This document shows positions 48,878 through 62,074 of a stretch of 64,000 nucleotides of DNA, one piece after another (position 1 is the first letter of the stretch; each line of letters begins with the position of its first letter). Below the pieces are notes generated by a model. It saw only the letters and a list, made by a program, of their open reading frames with translations, did no database searches and was not told the DNA's origin. Location: the NCBI RefSeq assembly GCF_001194135.2, contig NC_068985.1, positions 86,101,249 through 86,165,248 on the forward strand, written 5' to 3'. The position numbers and the translations under genes are program-made. This DNA comes from Octopus bimaculoides (Eukaryota).

Positions 48878-49100
48878 GTCATCATCATCATCACCATTTA
48901 GGGTCTGTTTTCCATGTTGGGATGAGTAAGATGGTTCAACAGGAGCTGGCAAGGCTGGAGGGCAGCACCAGGGTCCATTGTCTGCTTTGGCATGGTTTCT
49001 ATGGCTGGATGCTCTTCCTAATGTCAACCACTTTACAGAGGGCACTGGATTCTTTTTATGTGGTACCAGCATGGGTGCTTCATATGCAGCACCAGCACAG
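48878..49100 (-). mobile_element. RTE 3' end, tail-to-tail with the previous copy
   Basis: CATCATCATCACCATTTAGGGTCTG...GGCTGGATGCTCTTCCTAATGTCAACCAC. Confidence 0.85.
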
Positions 49101-49942
49101 TGTAATCTGAGGGATGTTTGGCTGTTACCTCTAGGATGTTAGGCGACATCCTGTCATTGGCTCATCTGCCTAAATCTGTTGCTTGACTGCACATTAATCC
49201 TGATCAAAACAATCCAACTATGACATCCCATCCTCTTATAAATTCAGGAATCCTTCATTATTTTTCTCAAGACAGTAAGGTGTGATTGAATGAGATTTGG
49301 CTGTTATTTTCTCTTGGTTCAGATCTATTGACCACAAAGGGCAGCTCTCCCCACCCAGCCCATAGGGTGATTCATATTAAAAATGGTATTTTTTAGAAAT
49401 AGACATAAAAAATAGATAAAAACCCTCAAAAAAGTGCTCAGAAATCCAGGTTCGTTTTTGTATGAATGAACTGTTAAATTCTGATTTTTGCTCCACCGGT
49501 TATTGTTTGATGATATTCCATGAAATACTGAGCTGTTAGATTGCACACTCTACATACAGCAGTTTTGCTATTTAAAACTAGTCTGTTTAAATAAGCATAT
49601 TTCTATGACAGCTGCTGCTGCTGCTGCTACTGCTGCTACCTGATGTGGGGTTTTATGTCCTGTTCTTGTACTAAGAAATAAGTAGCTTTCACTAATCCAA
49701 TTGTATTGTGCGAAAAAGAATAACTGATAGCTCTCTCTCCTATCTCAAGAATTATCTACATTTTCTCACTCTTCCTCTCTTTCGTTTTTTTACCCACCTC
49801 TCTTCCTCTCTTTCTATATTTCTTAATTGTTCTTTTCTTTTCTTTTCCTCTTTTTGTCTTCCCTTATAGTTATTGTCATGAAGAAGCCAACAGAAAGTTG
49901 AATACTTTGTCAGTTGAACAGAATTTATGCTGTTCTGCATTG

Positions 49943-49978
<36 letters not shown>

Positions 49979-50507
49979 TAAAGCCTATTGAAAGAATATT
50001 TTTTCGCTACCATCATTTTAATTCTTTGCATTATGATTAATGATATAGGTACATTTAAATCTTCCTTTCCCATACACACAGACATGTTTGTGTGTGTGTA
50101 TGTGTGTGTATGAATATATATATACGTATATGTGTCTGTGTGTATATGTATATATGTATGTATATGTATATACATACATACACCTGCACACAGATGTATA
50201 CACAAACACACACACACACATTTGAATGTTTATGTTTGTGCATGTGTATATATGTTTGTGTATGTATAAGCGCAGGGAGAGAGAGAGAGAGAGAGAGATC
50301 AATTGATCTATACATTACATAGGCAAAAAGTTAAGCAGTTGCTTTGCAATCATGAAGTCCCTGTTTCCATTCTACTGCATAGCATCTTTGGGCAAATATC
50401 ATTTTTTGATAGCATCAGGTAGGCCCACAAAACATGTTAGATGCATTGTATCTTATAATTCGAAAGTACAGCCTTGTAACACAGTGTGTCATCAGACAGA
50501 TTCCGAT

Positions 50508-50686
50508 TCTTTAACTTGTCTCAGTCATTTTGACTGTGGCCATGCTGGAGCACTGCCTTTTAGTTGAAGAAATCACTCCTGTAACTTAGCAGTTTGGCAA
50601 AAGAGACCAATAGAAGTTTCGGGGATGTAGACACACTAAGATCAGTTGTCAAGTGATGATAGAGAGACAAACACAGACACAAACAC

Positions 50687-50725
<39 letters not shown>

Positions 50726-50884
50726 ACAGACTTCTTTCAGTTTCCGTCTACCAAATCCACTCACAAGGCTTTGGTTGGCCCAAGGCTATAATAGAAGGCA
50801 CTTGCCCAAGGTGCCACAAAGTGGGACTGAACCCAGAACCAAGTGGTAGGGAAGCAAGCTTCTTACCACACAGCCACTCCTGCA

Positions 50885-50887
<3 letters not shown>
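50508..50887 (-). mobile_element. Full-length SINE family B
   Basis: Tail (CAGTCATTTTGACTGTGGCCATGCTGGAGCACTGCC), internal (TA)n, head to CACACAGCCACTCCTGCAC. Confidence 0.9.
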
Positions 50888-50919
<32 letters not shown>

Positions 50920-50922
<3 letters not shown>

Positions 50923-51085
50923 AGCAAGATGGGCTTCTTTCAGTTTCCATTTCCCACATCCTATGGCAAGGTTTTGGTTGGCCCAATATTATAGTAGAAA
51001 ACACTTGCCCAAGGCACCACACAGTGGGTCTGACCTCAGAACCATGCAGTTGGGAAGCAAGCTTCTTACCACACAGCCACATCTG
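50920..51085 (-). mobile_element. Second tandem SINE-B head
   Basis: Repeats 50722-50887 after a (TA)n spacer. Confidence 0.85.
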
Positions 51086-51639
51086 TCATTCTAATGACAG
51101 CAACCTTTCCATTCTTGCATGCATTCAATAGAATTCATTGACGTAGATTTTCGATAGCTGAATGCCCTTCCTCCTATCAACTCTCGCATGTTTGCAAATA
51201 GGACATGTTTTCACAATTGAAGGACACCATTTACATGACAACTTTTTTTTTCTATCGTATCTTATATATATACACTCCTATGTGTAAGTTACACACAAAC
51301 ACACGCATCTATATATTGTATTTATTTTATGTTGTTTTAAATACAATTTTCAATATCATTGTTAACCTTATATAAAAACCATAATGTGATTCCCTATATT
51401 TGGTGTAATTATGTTCATTCACTGGAAACATTAACTGCTTCTTACACAACAAACCACAATGATTAATTGCTAAGATTCAATGCATCAGTCTTTCTCTTTT
51501 CTTTACTTTTTTGTTCTCTTCTTTTTTTTTTATTTCTTTCATTAATGAGATTATACTCACACTCTTTTAATATGTAACTCTTATTGTACACGTGTGTGTG
51601 GGGGTGGGAGGCGGTGCGTGTTTGCTTATATCATTGCTT

Positions 51640-51950
51640 GCTTCAGTGGTTAGGGTATTCAACTCATCCTCATCAAGTTGTGTGTTTGAATCCCAGTGAC
51701 ACATTGGGTCCTTGAGCAAGACACTTTATTTCATGTTGCTTCAGTCCACTCAGCTGGCAAGAATGCTTTGTACCTGTATTTTAAAGGGCCAACCTTGTCA
51801 CATGCTGTGTTATGCTGAATCTCCCTAAGAACTATATTGGGGGTGCCTGTGTCTATGGAGCACTCAGCCACATGCATGTCAATTTCATGAGCAGGCCGTT
51901 CCATTGACTGGAACAAATGAAACACTTGTTGTAACTGATGGAATGCCAGT
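51640..51950 (+). mobile_element. SINE family A
   Basis: GTTTGAATCCC B-box, GGTCCTTGAGCAAGACAC body, family-A tail. Confidence 0.85.
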
Positions 51951-51964
51951 TGTTGTTAGTAGTT

Positions 51965-52200
51965 ATCATCATCATCATTGTTTTACCACCACTTTTCTAT
52001 GCTTGCATGGGTTAGATGGAATTTGTTGAAGCAGATTTTCTGTGGCCAGATGTCCTTCTTGTCATCTGTTTCCAGGGCAAAGATAATATTTCCCCATGGT
52101 CAGACATGTTTACATAGAAAATTGGAAACAAAGGACACTGCTTATGGGACAGTGATGCTCCTTCAATAACCATCACATGATGTCAAGGCATGGAGACACA
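51965..52200 (-). mobile_element. RTE-variant 3' end
   Basis: CATCATCATTGTTTTACCACCACTTTTCTATGCTTGCATGGGTTAGATGG. Confidence 0.75.
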
Positions 52201-52407
52201 AAATGCATTCATGCACGATGCTGCTCCTATACATGCACACCCCTGCATCTATACATGCACACACGTATTCATATGTGACAAGCTTCTTTTGCTGTCTGTG
52301 CAAAAACTCCACTCAAAAGGTTTTAGTCATCTGGGGGCTATAGGAAGAGAGACTTGCCCAAGGTACCGTGCAGTGGAACTGAACTCTCATTGGTAAGAAA
52401 GAGCTTA

Positions 52408-52521
52408 GATGATGACGATGATGATGACGATGATGATGATGACGATGATGATGATGATGATGATGACAATGATGATGACGCTGATGATGATGATGATGAC
52501 GACGACGACGATGATGATGAT
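52408..52521. repeat. (GAT/GAC)n trinucleotide array
   Basis: Directly visible; it produces the poly-Asp ORF artefact. Confidence 0.95.
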
Positions 52522-53470
52522 ATACACCTTACAGTTTGATGTCTCTTCTCTCTGAACTACCTCTAAACTTTTGTAATATATTTACTGACAGATGAAAGAT
52601 GTCAAAATAAGAAGTTAACAAGAAACTATTAAAGAATAAATAAAAATCAATAAATATATTTCAAACATTATTGATTGCCCACCTGCAGTTTTCTTTTACC
52701 TATTCTTTAAAACTTGTAGCTTAAAAATATGCTCCACCTTTTGTGAATATAATTTTGATCAGGTATGGCTGTATCACCAAAAAGAGTTTTTAGTCTATTT
52801 TAAGATTATATAAATTGCCTGGTGCTGCCGCTGGGTTTCCAGACCTCAGTCAAACCGCCCAATCCATGCCAGCATGAAAAACGGACGTTCAACAATGATG
52901 ATGATGATAAAGGAAGTGATATTTTAATGAACTGATGTTTTATGAGCAACTTTGAAATTTTTGCCTTAGAAACTGGGGTTAAAATTACCGAAACTCAGTG
53001 AAGAAATTGTTAAAATTTTGAGAGTAAAATGAAACAATTTGAAAATTTTGGCAACTCAGCTTTGAGAAGTTTTTAAGTTGTTTTAAGAAGAATTCAAGCC
53101 AAACACAAACAATGTGACAAATCTTCATTTGTGTAAATGATTGAATTCATAAAACTTCTTGGAATTACTTGGCCACATGTGGTGAGTGAGCAGATCTCTT
53201 GTGTATACATTGTATGTATGTGTGTGTGTGTGTTTATGTACTTCATTACTACCAATCCCATAATTCCCTAGCTTGTGAAAATATATGATACATGGAGCAG
53301 AGGTGGCAGCATTTATGATTCTTCAGTCACTCATTTGACTGTCCTCTGTGATTAATGTACTCTAAGAAGTACAGACATCAAAAAGATCGAAAAGGAGATG
53401 ATAATCAGTGAATCTGATGGTCAATGACCAGTAAGTAGCAAACATAGACATACATACAACACACACACAC

Positions 53471-53531
<61 letters not shown>

Positions 53532-53916
53532 CAGAGAGAGAGAGCAAGCACATGCATATACATACAAATACATATACATACTTGTTGCCATGAAGTTAGA
53601 AAGTCCACTTTGCTACCTCATGGTTATGGGTTCCAGTTGCAAATTGTTGTGGATAACAATTGGCTAAACAATGGCATATGAATGGAGTTGACAAATGGAA
53701 ACTGTAGGAAGCCCACCATATGTATGTGTGTGTGTAAATGTTCACTTTTTATGTCTAGTTGCATATAAAAACATTTTCCCATTAAACAGAAGGCTTACTC
53801 AATGCTTTTTGAAGAGAATTTGTTCCTTAACTAAACTGATGCATTATGAGCAAGCCAAAACTTCAAAGTCACTGTCAACCATGTTTACTTTGTAAAAGTT
53901 TATTTATTTATTCACT

Positions 53917-54028
<112 letters not shown>

Positions 54029-54159
54029 TATGTGTATGAGAGCATGTGTAAGTGCATGTGTATACACACACACATGCATAAAGACAGATACATATAAATA
54101 CACACACACATACACGAGCGTGCACACACACACACGTATATATACACAGCAGTATATAT

Positions 54160-54312
54160 TGGTAGTTCCCATCTACCAAATCCATTCACAAATCTTTGGT
54201 CGACCCTGAGGGTATGGTAGAAGACACATACCCAACGTGCCATGCAGCAAGACTGAACCTGGAACCATGTAGATGGGAAGCAAGATTCCTGTCATACAGC
54301 CATGCTTCGTGC
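54160..54312 (-). mobile_element. SINE family B head
   Basis: CTACCAAATCCATTCACAAATCTTTGGTCGACC...GACTGAACCTGGAACCATG. Confidence 0.75.
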
Positions 54313-55047
54313 ATGTATGTATGTATGTATAAACACACACACACATACACACAAGTACATAAACATATAATACACATATATTTATTTATACACACATATG
54401 CATTCACATATATACATTATACAGATAATCATTGAGTGGAGAGAGAGAGAGAGAGAGAAGATAAATCATATTTCATTTCATATTTTGTTGGTTGCTGCAG
54501 TAGACTTGTTTACTTGATTGAGAGATTAGAGAGAAAAATGAATAGGAATATAGGAATATATATGATATGAATATATATATGTGTGTTTGTGTGTGTGTAT
54601 AAAAATATATGAAATATATAAAACAATATATAGAAAGAAATAATCTATATAAAAATATACAAAACAATATATAAAAATAAATATGAATATATAAGAAATA
54701 TATATAAAAAAAAATGTATATGAATATATAAGATGTGAATTTTGATTTCAGGTATAAATTTCCTCAAACCAAACTTAAAATGTCTGCAACACTGAATTTG
54801 ACTAACAGTCTCCTTCCTGATGGTACTCACAATACACACGCATAAATTCATACACACACACACACACACACACACACTAACACACACACTAACACACACA
54901 TATATATATAAATGTTTTTTAGAAACAATTTTTACTTGATTTCTAATAAAGTTATAAATGGTCTGATCAAATAATATCTTCCTTATCCATCATGACATAT
55001 CTGTGACTGCAGTCATAGCCACATGATTTAAGTAATTGTATCATTCA

Positions 55048-55244
55048 TTTACTTGTTTTGATAATTTAACTGTGGCCATGCTGGAGTGCTGTCTTGAAGA
55101 ATCTTAGGTGAAAGATTCAACTCCACGACTTACTTTTGAAACCTGGTACTTATTGTATCAGTCTCTTTTGCAGAACTGCTAAGTTACTGGGACACAAACA
55201 AGCGAAAACCTGTTGTCAAATGGTGCTGGGGTACAAATACTCAT

Positions 55245-55278
<34 letters not shown>

Positions 55279-55412
55279 GCACACACTCACTCGATGGGCT
55301 TATTTCAGTTTCTGTCCCCCAAATCCACTCACACGGCTTCGATTGCTTGGGGTGCCATGCAGTTGGACTGAACTCAGAACCTTGTGCTTGGGAAACAAAC
55401 CTCTTAACACAC
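55048..55412 (-). mobile_element. Full-length SINE family B with internal (CA)n
   Basis: Tail 55048-55240, (CA)n 55245-55290, head 55292-55412. Confidence 0.8.
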
Positions 55413-55919
55413 AGTCACGTAATCATGTGATTGTGGGCTCGATTTTGCTTTGCCTCAACTTGGGCAAATGTCTTCTAATAAACCCTCAGTTTGACCAATA
55501 CAGAGAAAGTGAAAGTAGATGAACAGAAACTGAGAGGATATTTATTGGAGGAAAGGCAGAACCCATGACTTTCTACAGGGCCTCTGAGACTGGTTAGAGG
55601 GAAGGGGTACCTTCTAATTAGAGATGTGACTTGAATACTTGCAAAAGGGTGATTTTTGCTAAATCCACCCAAGTTGCCAAATGGTGATGTTAAAGTGAGG
55701 GAAGGATTAAGATGCCTTGTGATGTTTCTTCCATTTCTTTTCATTCTATCTAATTTCAAATCCCTCCTGGACCTACTTGTTTGGTAGATTTGATTTGTAA
55801 TTGTCTGGACCTTGGCTACCTTTAATGGAGTCTTTTCGGTTTTAAGCAATCCACCTTATATATCTATATATGTATGCATATTTGTGCATATGTATGTATA
55901 TATGTGTGTATGTATCTTT

Positions 55920-56112
55920 ATGCCTGTGCTTGTCCTGCACCATTGCTTAATGACCAGTGTTGGTTTGTTCACATCCCTGTAACTTGGTGATTCAGCAAAA
56001 AGAGGTTGATAGAATAAGTGCAAGGCTTAAAGTAATGTACAGGTGTCAGTCAGTTCAACTAAACCCTTCCAGTTGGTGCTGCAGCATGGCCACAGTTCAA
56101 TAACTGAAAGAC
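55920..56112 (+). mobile_element. SINE family B tail
   Basis: CATCCCTGTAACTTGG...GATAGAATAAGTGC...GGTGCTGCAGCATGGCCACAGTTCAATAACTGAAA, following a TA/TG array. Confidence 0.75.
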
Positions 56113-57015
56113 ATAAAAGATCTAAGATGTTTCTCATCAATCTTGGATGCTTTGTAAATGATGGTGGGTGCTGCTCTTCCCTTCTGACTAAGTGGCAAAG
56201 AAAACAATTTCCTCTCATTCAGGTCAAAGGCCACAGAAAACTTTACACCTTTCTCTTACTTTATCTGGAGACTCAGAGGTTACAGATAAAAATCTGAAAT
56301 AGCAAGGAGCATTATCAAAACTGTCACACCATACAATCAGAAATTGTGTGCTATGTGTTACTAAAATGACTGAAGAAAAATATTTTTTGGATAATTTTCA
56401 AACACCTGAGATTCCTAGATGTAACAAGTGGAATCCCAGATAAACAGATTCAACAAGTTCTACATGTCTGGACCAGCAGAGCAGATTGACCAGCAATAAT
56501 AATATCTTGAGTTCCCCACCTATTTGACAATATGGTCAGCCTCAACCAATGAAAATCAACCTAGTTAAATCTCCTTCTAACATTTAACTTTGTTCATTCA
56601 TCTAATGTTGCCTGGCTGATCCTGTGTAAACAACATGTGGAGAACTCTGACAAGCGATGAAGTAAATAATCAACAATTCTCATTAAATAACCTCACTCTG
56701 TATGGTGCATTGCATACTGCTTTCTCTTATATGCAAACAGAAACATACGTGTGTGTGTGTGTGTGTGTGTATCTATTGAAATGAAATATGTTGTACCTAT
56801 TCATGCATGCAGACAAACAAATATCATTTATATATATATATACAGAATCATAGAGAAACATATACATTATTTTATATAGTTGTATTCACATATATACACT
56901 CATATACACACACACACAATATGCTCTTAATACTATTTCATACAGTCACATGAAATAGTATTTCTCTTAAAATTAACTCCATCATCATCATCGTTTTAAT
57001 GTTCTCTTTTCCATG

Positions 57016-57065
<50 letters not shown>

Positions 57066-57319
57066 CAAAATGTAGGTAGGGTTTATTCTCTTCTATTAAA
57101 CCATATTTCATGCCTTCCACTGCTGAACTTACAACCCATGGGATTAATCACATTGTTCGATACGTTGATGTTAAACTACAGCAGACATTATTTCTGTCTA
57201 ACATCAAAATATTAGATTTTTACTGAATTAGCCATTGAATTTCACGCATTAAATTAGCATTTTTATAATGAATTTCAAACAAATTTTTATATTTATTTCC
57301 ATTCATTTTCTCTGCTCGC

Positions 57320-57480
57320 TCTTTCTTGGAGGATGTAGAGGCAAAGTCCTCAGGTACATCCTCCACAGGTTCCCATCAAAAATGACTGTCATTAGAATTC
57401 CTGGCTAGATTCCCAAGCATGACCAACTATAAGACTCCTAGTCTGGGGAGGCACAGCCAACATTTTCAACTCAGTGAGCA
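57320..57480 (+). mobile_element. Possible RTE/BovB-like RT remnant
   Basis: ILHRF-HQK*L...MTNY resembles LERFHQRCLRxIL...VTN. Confidence 0.3.
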
Positions 57481-58369
57481 CAACTCAGACTATTATGGCT
57501 CATTCCAGCCATGCTAGCATGAAATGTGGGCATAAAATGTTGGTGATTATATATAGACAACGTCAAGTAAGTAGATAATCCTTATTAAACCATTTTACCT
57601 GAGCAGACATTATCAGGTGCTTCAAACTTAATGTATTGTGCGCAACATATATTTACAAAATCTGAGATCAAATGTTTTTAAATGCATCAAGTGACATTAT
57701 TTTGTTTCTACAAATACATATTCTAACAGCAACAGTGTCTATTTACTTTTGAGATGTCTATGTATGTGAAACACACACACAAACATATGTGTTTATATAT
57801 ATATATATGTATATACAAACAATATATGAGTATATGCATATATATGTACATGTATGTATATACGTTCATCTACATGTACATATAGATACATAACTGGGTA
57901 CATGATGTGGCAAAAGAGCAAGGACAAAATGGTAAACAAGGTGCAACAAACAAGCAGGCCACATAGAAACATCCCCTTCATCAGCTGCCACCATTAAAAC
58001 TCCGGCGTTTCAAAGAATTAAGGCAGTATGCATCGTTAAAATGGTTCTTCCCGGCTGCTATTCCTTTTCGTTCTTGGAATCACCAAGCTCGCACGTACTT
58101 CCTTGCCCCTTCTGTACATGCTTCACAGTGTTCAAGACATACACACTTCACGTCTGGCTGTACAACCTTTTTGTTTGTTTATTTCACCGTTTCGTTTTCC
58201 TATCTTGTTTTCCGTCCGCCACTACCCTCCATGAAAACAATTTAATTTATATACATACATGCATATGATGTATACATACATGCATATATATATATTTTAC
58301 ATGCATATATATATTTTATGTGTATAATATATTTGTATGTTTGTATAAATTTTTATAGTTTTGTTTTAA

Positions 58370-59225
58370 CATGCCTCTCACCAATGCTTGGTGATGTGTT
58401 GTCTTAGCAATGTTTTTGGGGTCACAAGGCATTTTAGCTTTTTCAACATGAGACCCCTTATCCAGTCAACCCAGCTGGAATTGATCAAGTCCCAGCTTGC
58501 TTTCTCATAGCAGCCAACCACTGGTGGACCTGCTTTGTGCAAAGCTAGTTAATGGCCTTCTTTGCAACTCCAGCAACAAAATTTATGGCCCTCCTCTTTG
58601 TTGTGCCAGCAACTGCAAGCCTAGTCAGAGCTTTGCAGTCAGAAAGTCCCAGAAAAATCTCTCATCAGCTCCTTTCTACTGCCGCACAATCTGCCTGACA
58701 GCCTCAGTTTCTGCACTGCTCTACCAGTTCCCGGTATTTGTCAAACTTCTCATGAGCTTCCTCTATGTGTTCCTCCTCAGTTCCCACAAAGTCATTTATT
58801 TGGTGGCATTTGAGAAGATCTCTAAGAGCAGGTGGAGTAGTGTTGGTACAATGTATTCTAGGAAATTTAACTGTTCCACAAGATTCACTCTCAGTTGCCA
58901 GTCTGGGCCTGTGGAATGTTGAAATGAAAGTCATTGAAGCTTCAATGAAATGGGTATCTCTCTGACTCTGATAAAAGTGATGGCCCCTTTCCTGGGGTGG
59001 TATTTACTGGGTTGAATCACTGTCAATAGCACTTCAGCTACTTCCTTAAGCACCTGCTCATACCACAAGTAGTAGGGGCCATCAATTACAGCTCTGGTGC
59101 AGCTGCTGAGGAGATGTTGAAAGGATCTTCATTGCACAATGGACATGGTTGAGTTTCGATCCTGTCCCATGTGAAAGAGTTTACTAGACTTGGTAGAATG
59201 TTGTAGACACTTTGCCAAGAATCCA
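58370..59225 (-). mobile_element. HERO-type (restriction-like endonuclease) non-LTR retrotransposon, decayed 3' part
   Basis: In order across frameshifts: QSVYNILPS..TWDRIETQPCPLC, QHLLSSCTRAVIDG.Y.WYEQVLKEVAE (CCHC knuckle), KFP, EEHIEEAHEKFDKYRELVEQCRN, LCKAL...GTTKRRAI. This matches the HERO RLE architecture. The 3' UTR-like segment reads GCTGGGACTTGATCAATTCCAGCTGGG. Confidence 0.85.
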
Positions 59226-59933
59226 TAAATCAGAAAAAATATGGACTTGTATAGATTTTCAGTCGAGTGTGCTTATTAACGAAAGTACATAGTCTTATAA
59301 ATCCATATCACCTGATCTTATCAATCAGTTTCACACTGGGTATTAAATAACCAGATGTTAGATAACAACACAGTTAAGTAATACTATATGCTCTTCAGAG
59401 ATAGTAAGAATGGAAAAAATGAGGCAACATGTTTTTTCTATTCCTACTAACTCTCAAGAGCTCATTGTAATGCTTAACCATGCTCTTATACAATACCCAA
59501 TTATTTAATATTCTCTGGAAAACCAATTGGTGAGATTAGCTGGACTGTCTCTATAATACTGTATACTTTAATATATATGTATATATATATATAGAGAGAG
59601 AGAGAGAGAAAGAGTTGTAAAATATAAAAAGATATATTTTACTTAGAGCAAGCATTGTTTGTTACTGAACTCAATACACTGCCTACAGTTGACAGTTTTC
59701 ATTCTCAATATAGATAGATAGATAGATAGATAGAAAGCTAGCTAGCTAGATAGATAGATAGAAAGCTAGCTAGATAGATAGATATATTGATACATTATGC
59801 GTATGTATGTGTGTAGGGGGGTTGCATACATATTTTGATAACTATTTTCCCATTTTCTTGCAGATAGAATACTTTTAAAATCTTTGACATTTTTAATTCT
59901 GCTGGGGCATGGGAAGGGGGGAGTTAAATATTT

Positions 59934-60083
59934 TTACATTTTGCTGCCTATTTTACTTCTTATGCCTCGATGCCATATTGTCACTATAATTTGAATAGCT
60001 GTATCTCTTAAAATAGCCACAAGCTCACTAGATATGTATTGTAGATATCCAAGTTCTCCAGCTTCTTTCTGTGAAAATGCCAT
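59934..60083 (-). CDS. Weak candidate small ORF or first coding exon (MAFSQKEAGELGYLQYISSELVAILRDT...)
   Basis: AAAATGG start context, upstream acceptor CATACATTTTAG, optional donor CTA|GTGAGC at 60029. 49 codons in a TE-poor island. Confidence 0.12.
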   Translation of the reverse strand: MAFSQKEAGELGYLQYISSELVAILRDTAIQIIVTIWHRGIRSKIGSKM

Positions 60084-61504
60084 TTCTCCTTAGTTTTAAA
60101 GACACTAAAATGTATGAACTGTCATAACTCTAAAGTATTTTTTCTTAAATATTATTAAACAAGAGTTATGATTATTGAAGAACCAACTTTTTTATTTTTT
60201 ATCAAATTTTGTGATTTATTTCAGTTCACAGCTTGTTTATTCTCATTTTTCATTTGCTTAATTTTGAAGCCAGGAGCATGAAGATCACTAAGTCATCATC
60301 ATTATTTATTATTGTCATTATTTATTATTTTTTTTATTTAATAGAGTTGCAGTCAGAATGAGAACAAGGATATACACACTGTGATTTTAAAAAAACATTA
60401 AAAAATATCGAACTTTTCTGTCTGGCACCCTGTGTTAGGTCCTCATTAATAGAGCTCTGAGAAAGGAAACAAACATGGTACTAGAATAAGCAAAACTATG
60501 ATTTTTGACAAAGCAAAACTTTCCCAAGATTTTGTAAGCAAGAAAGGACAAAGGAACATTTTGAAGTCTTAACTTTATAAAATTCACAACAGAGATGGTA
60601 CCTTGACAAGTGAATTTATCTTTGATGGAAAGATGAGAACAAGACATCTGAACAATAAAGAAGATGAAGAAAATTGGTTTAGAGCAATTGTACTAGAATT
60701 GGATTGGTATTTCAAATGCAAAGAAAAAGATTTTGTGGCTTTTTGCCAAAAGCTAACATTATATCTATGAACAGTTGGAAATAAATGTGCAAAGCATAGT
60801 ATCTATGGACTTAAAAGTCATATAACTTAACCTTTTCTTTATAGAAAAAAGGTTGTTTGTACATAACTTTCCTAATTAAACTTAAAATCATACAACATTG
60901 TGACATCTTTATCCATTAATGTTGTTATATGTCCTTAATTAAACCTAATCAAAATTACTTAAAGAATAACATTATTCATTTGTAAAATGAAAATTTGGTG
61001 GCAAGTCTCTGCTTGATGTACAATTAAATTTGAATAGTTTTGGATAATAGGAAAATAAAGGAATATCTACATAAAATTTTGAAAAGGACATTTTTTTTTT
61101 TTTTCTGAAAAGGACATTTTTTTTTTGGTGATACACTTTTTCAATTTATTAGTAAAAATATAATGTTAGGGTGGAGCCTGATTTATGAGTAAGTTAGCAG
61201 CCTGAGTTTCCTTCTTATGAATGCCCCAAGTGCTTCAAATTAATGATTAAATTAATAAGCAATCAACCTACTGGAAATAGCAACCAAATCCTTTTCAATT
61301 ACTACCTCTTAAGTAAAGAGGGATATATTGAATAAAGCAGTCTGTCATGACGGTCATATTTGAAATACATTTGATCATAGGCCTGCTTGATCAGGGCTGA
61401 CCAGGGGTTAAACAGCAATAATAACACCACCAACATCAACCAAGGTGCTTCACGTTTTGGTGCATACATATAGCAAAGTTTTATAGCATCAACACTTGTG
61501 CAAA

Positions 61505-61700
61505 ATAATAAGTCCTTATTTAGGCCCAGGGCCAGCAATTTTGAAGGGAGTGGGTTTAATTGATACTTTCAACCCCAGGAGTTGATTGGTACTTTATTTC
61601 AATGAAAGGATGAAACGCAAAGTTGACCTCATTGGGATTTGAACTCAGAATGTAGTCAGCTGAAAAGAGCATGTTTTCTAATGCTCTAATGATTCTGTCA
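61505..61700 (-). mobile_element. SINE family E
   Basis: TGGTACTTTATTTC...AAAGGATGAAACGCAAAGTTGACCTC...ATTTGAACTCAGAATG. Confidence 0.7.
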
Positions 61701-61834
61701 GTCCAGTGTGAAATAATGAATGTGTGTTCGGTAGAGCAACAACATGACCTCACAACCATTGTGACTGTCAGTTCCCCTGCAGTTAGGAGTGAATGCAGAA
61801 AGATGTACATGCCTCAATGCTTTTGTGTGTGTGA

Positions 61835-61860
61835 GAGAGAGAGTGAGTGAGTGAGTGAGT

Positions 61861-61909
<49 letters not shown>

Positions 61910-61970
61910 TGGGAGAGAGAGTGGGTGAGAGAGAGAGAGTGGGAGAGAGAGTGGGTGAGAGAGAGAGAGA
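61835..61970. repeat. GA-rich microsatellite with a higher-order duplication
   Basis: The unit GAGTGGGAGAGAGAGTGGGTGAGAGAGAGA occurs twice. Confidence 0.9.
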
Positions 61971-62074
61971 AATCGCCAGTTTATTTCTTTCTTGGAAATA
62001 AATGGGAAATATGAACCAGTTTAGTTGACTATTTCGACAAAAAGCCAACAAGAAACCGCATTATGATTAATAAG

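Noticed and set aside
52354-52539. Poly-Asp ORF resembling acidic biomineral proteins
   Set aside because: It is a (GAT/GAC)n microsatellite adjoining a SINE fragment, with no splice or signal-peptide context.
55475-55849. 124-aa - strand ORF, possibly Penelope- or CR1-related
   Set aside because: The motif resemblance is ambiguous between families and strands and too weak to call.
57975-58015. Hammerhead ribozyme core motifs GAAAC...GTT and CTGATGA on the - strand (also CTGATGA...GAAA at 29749-29769)
   Set aside because: Stem I cannot form between the cleavage triplet and CUGAUGA in the first case, and stems II and III are missing in the second. The canonical three-way junction is not supported.
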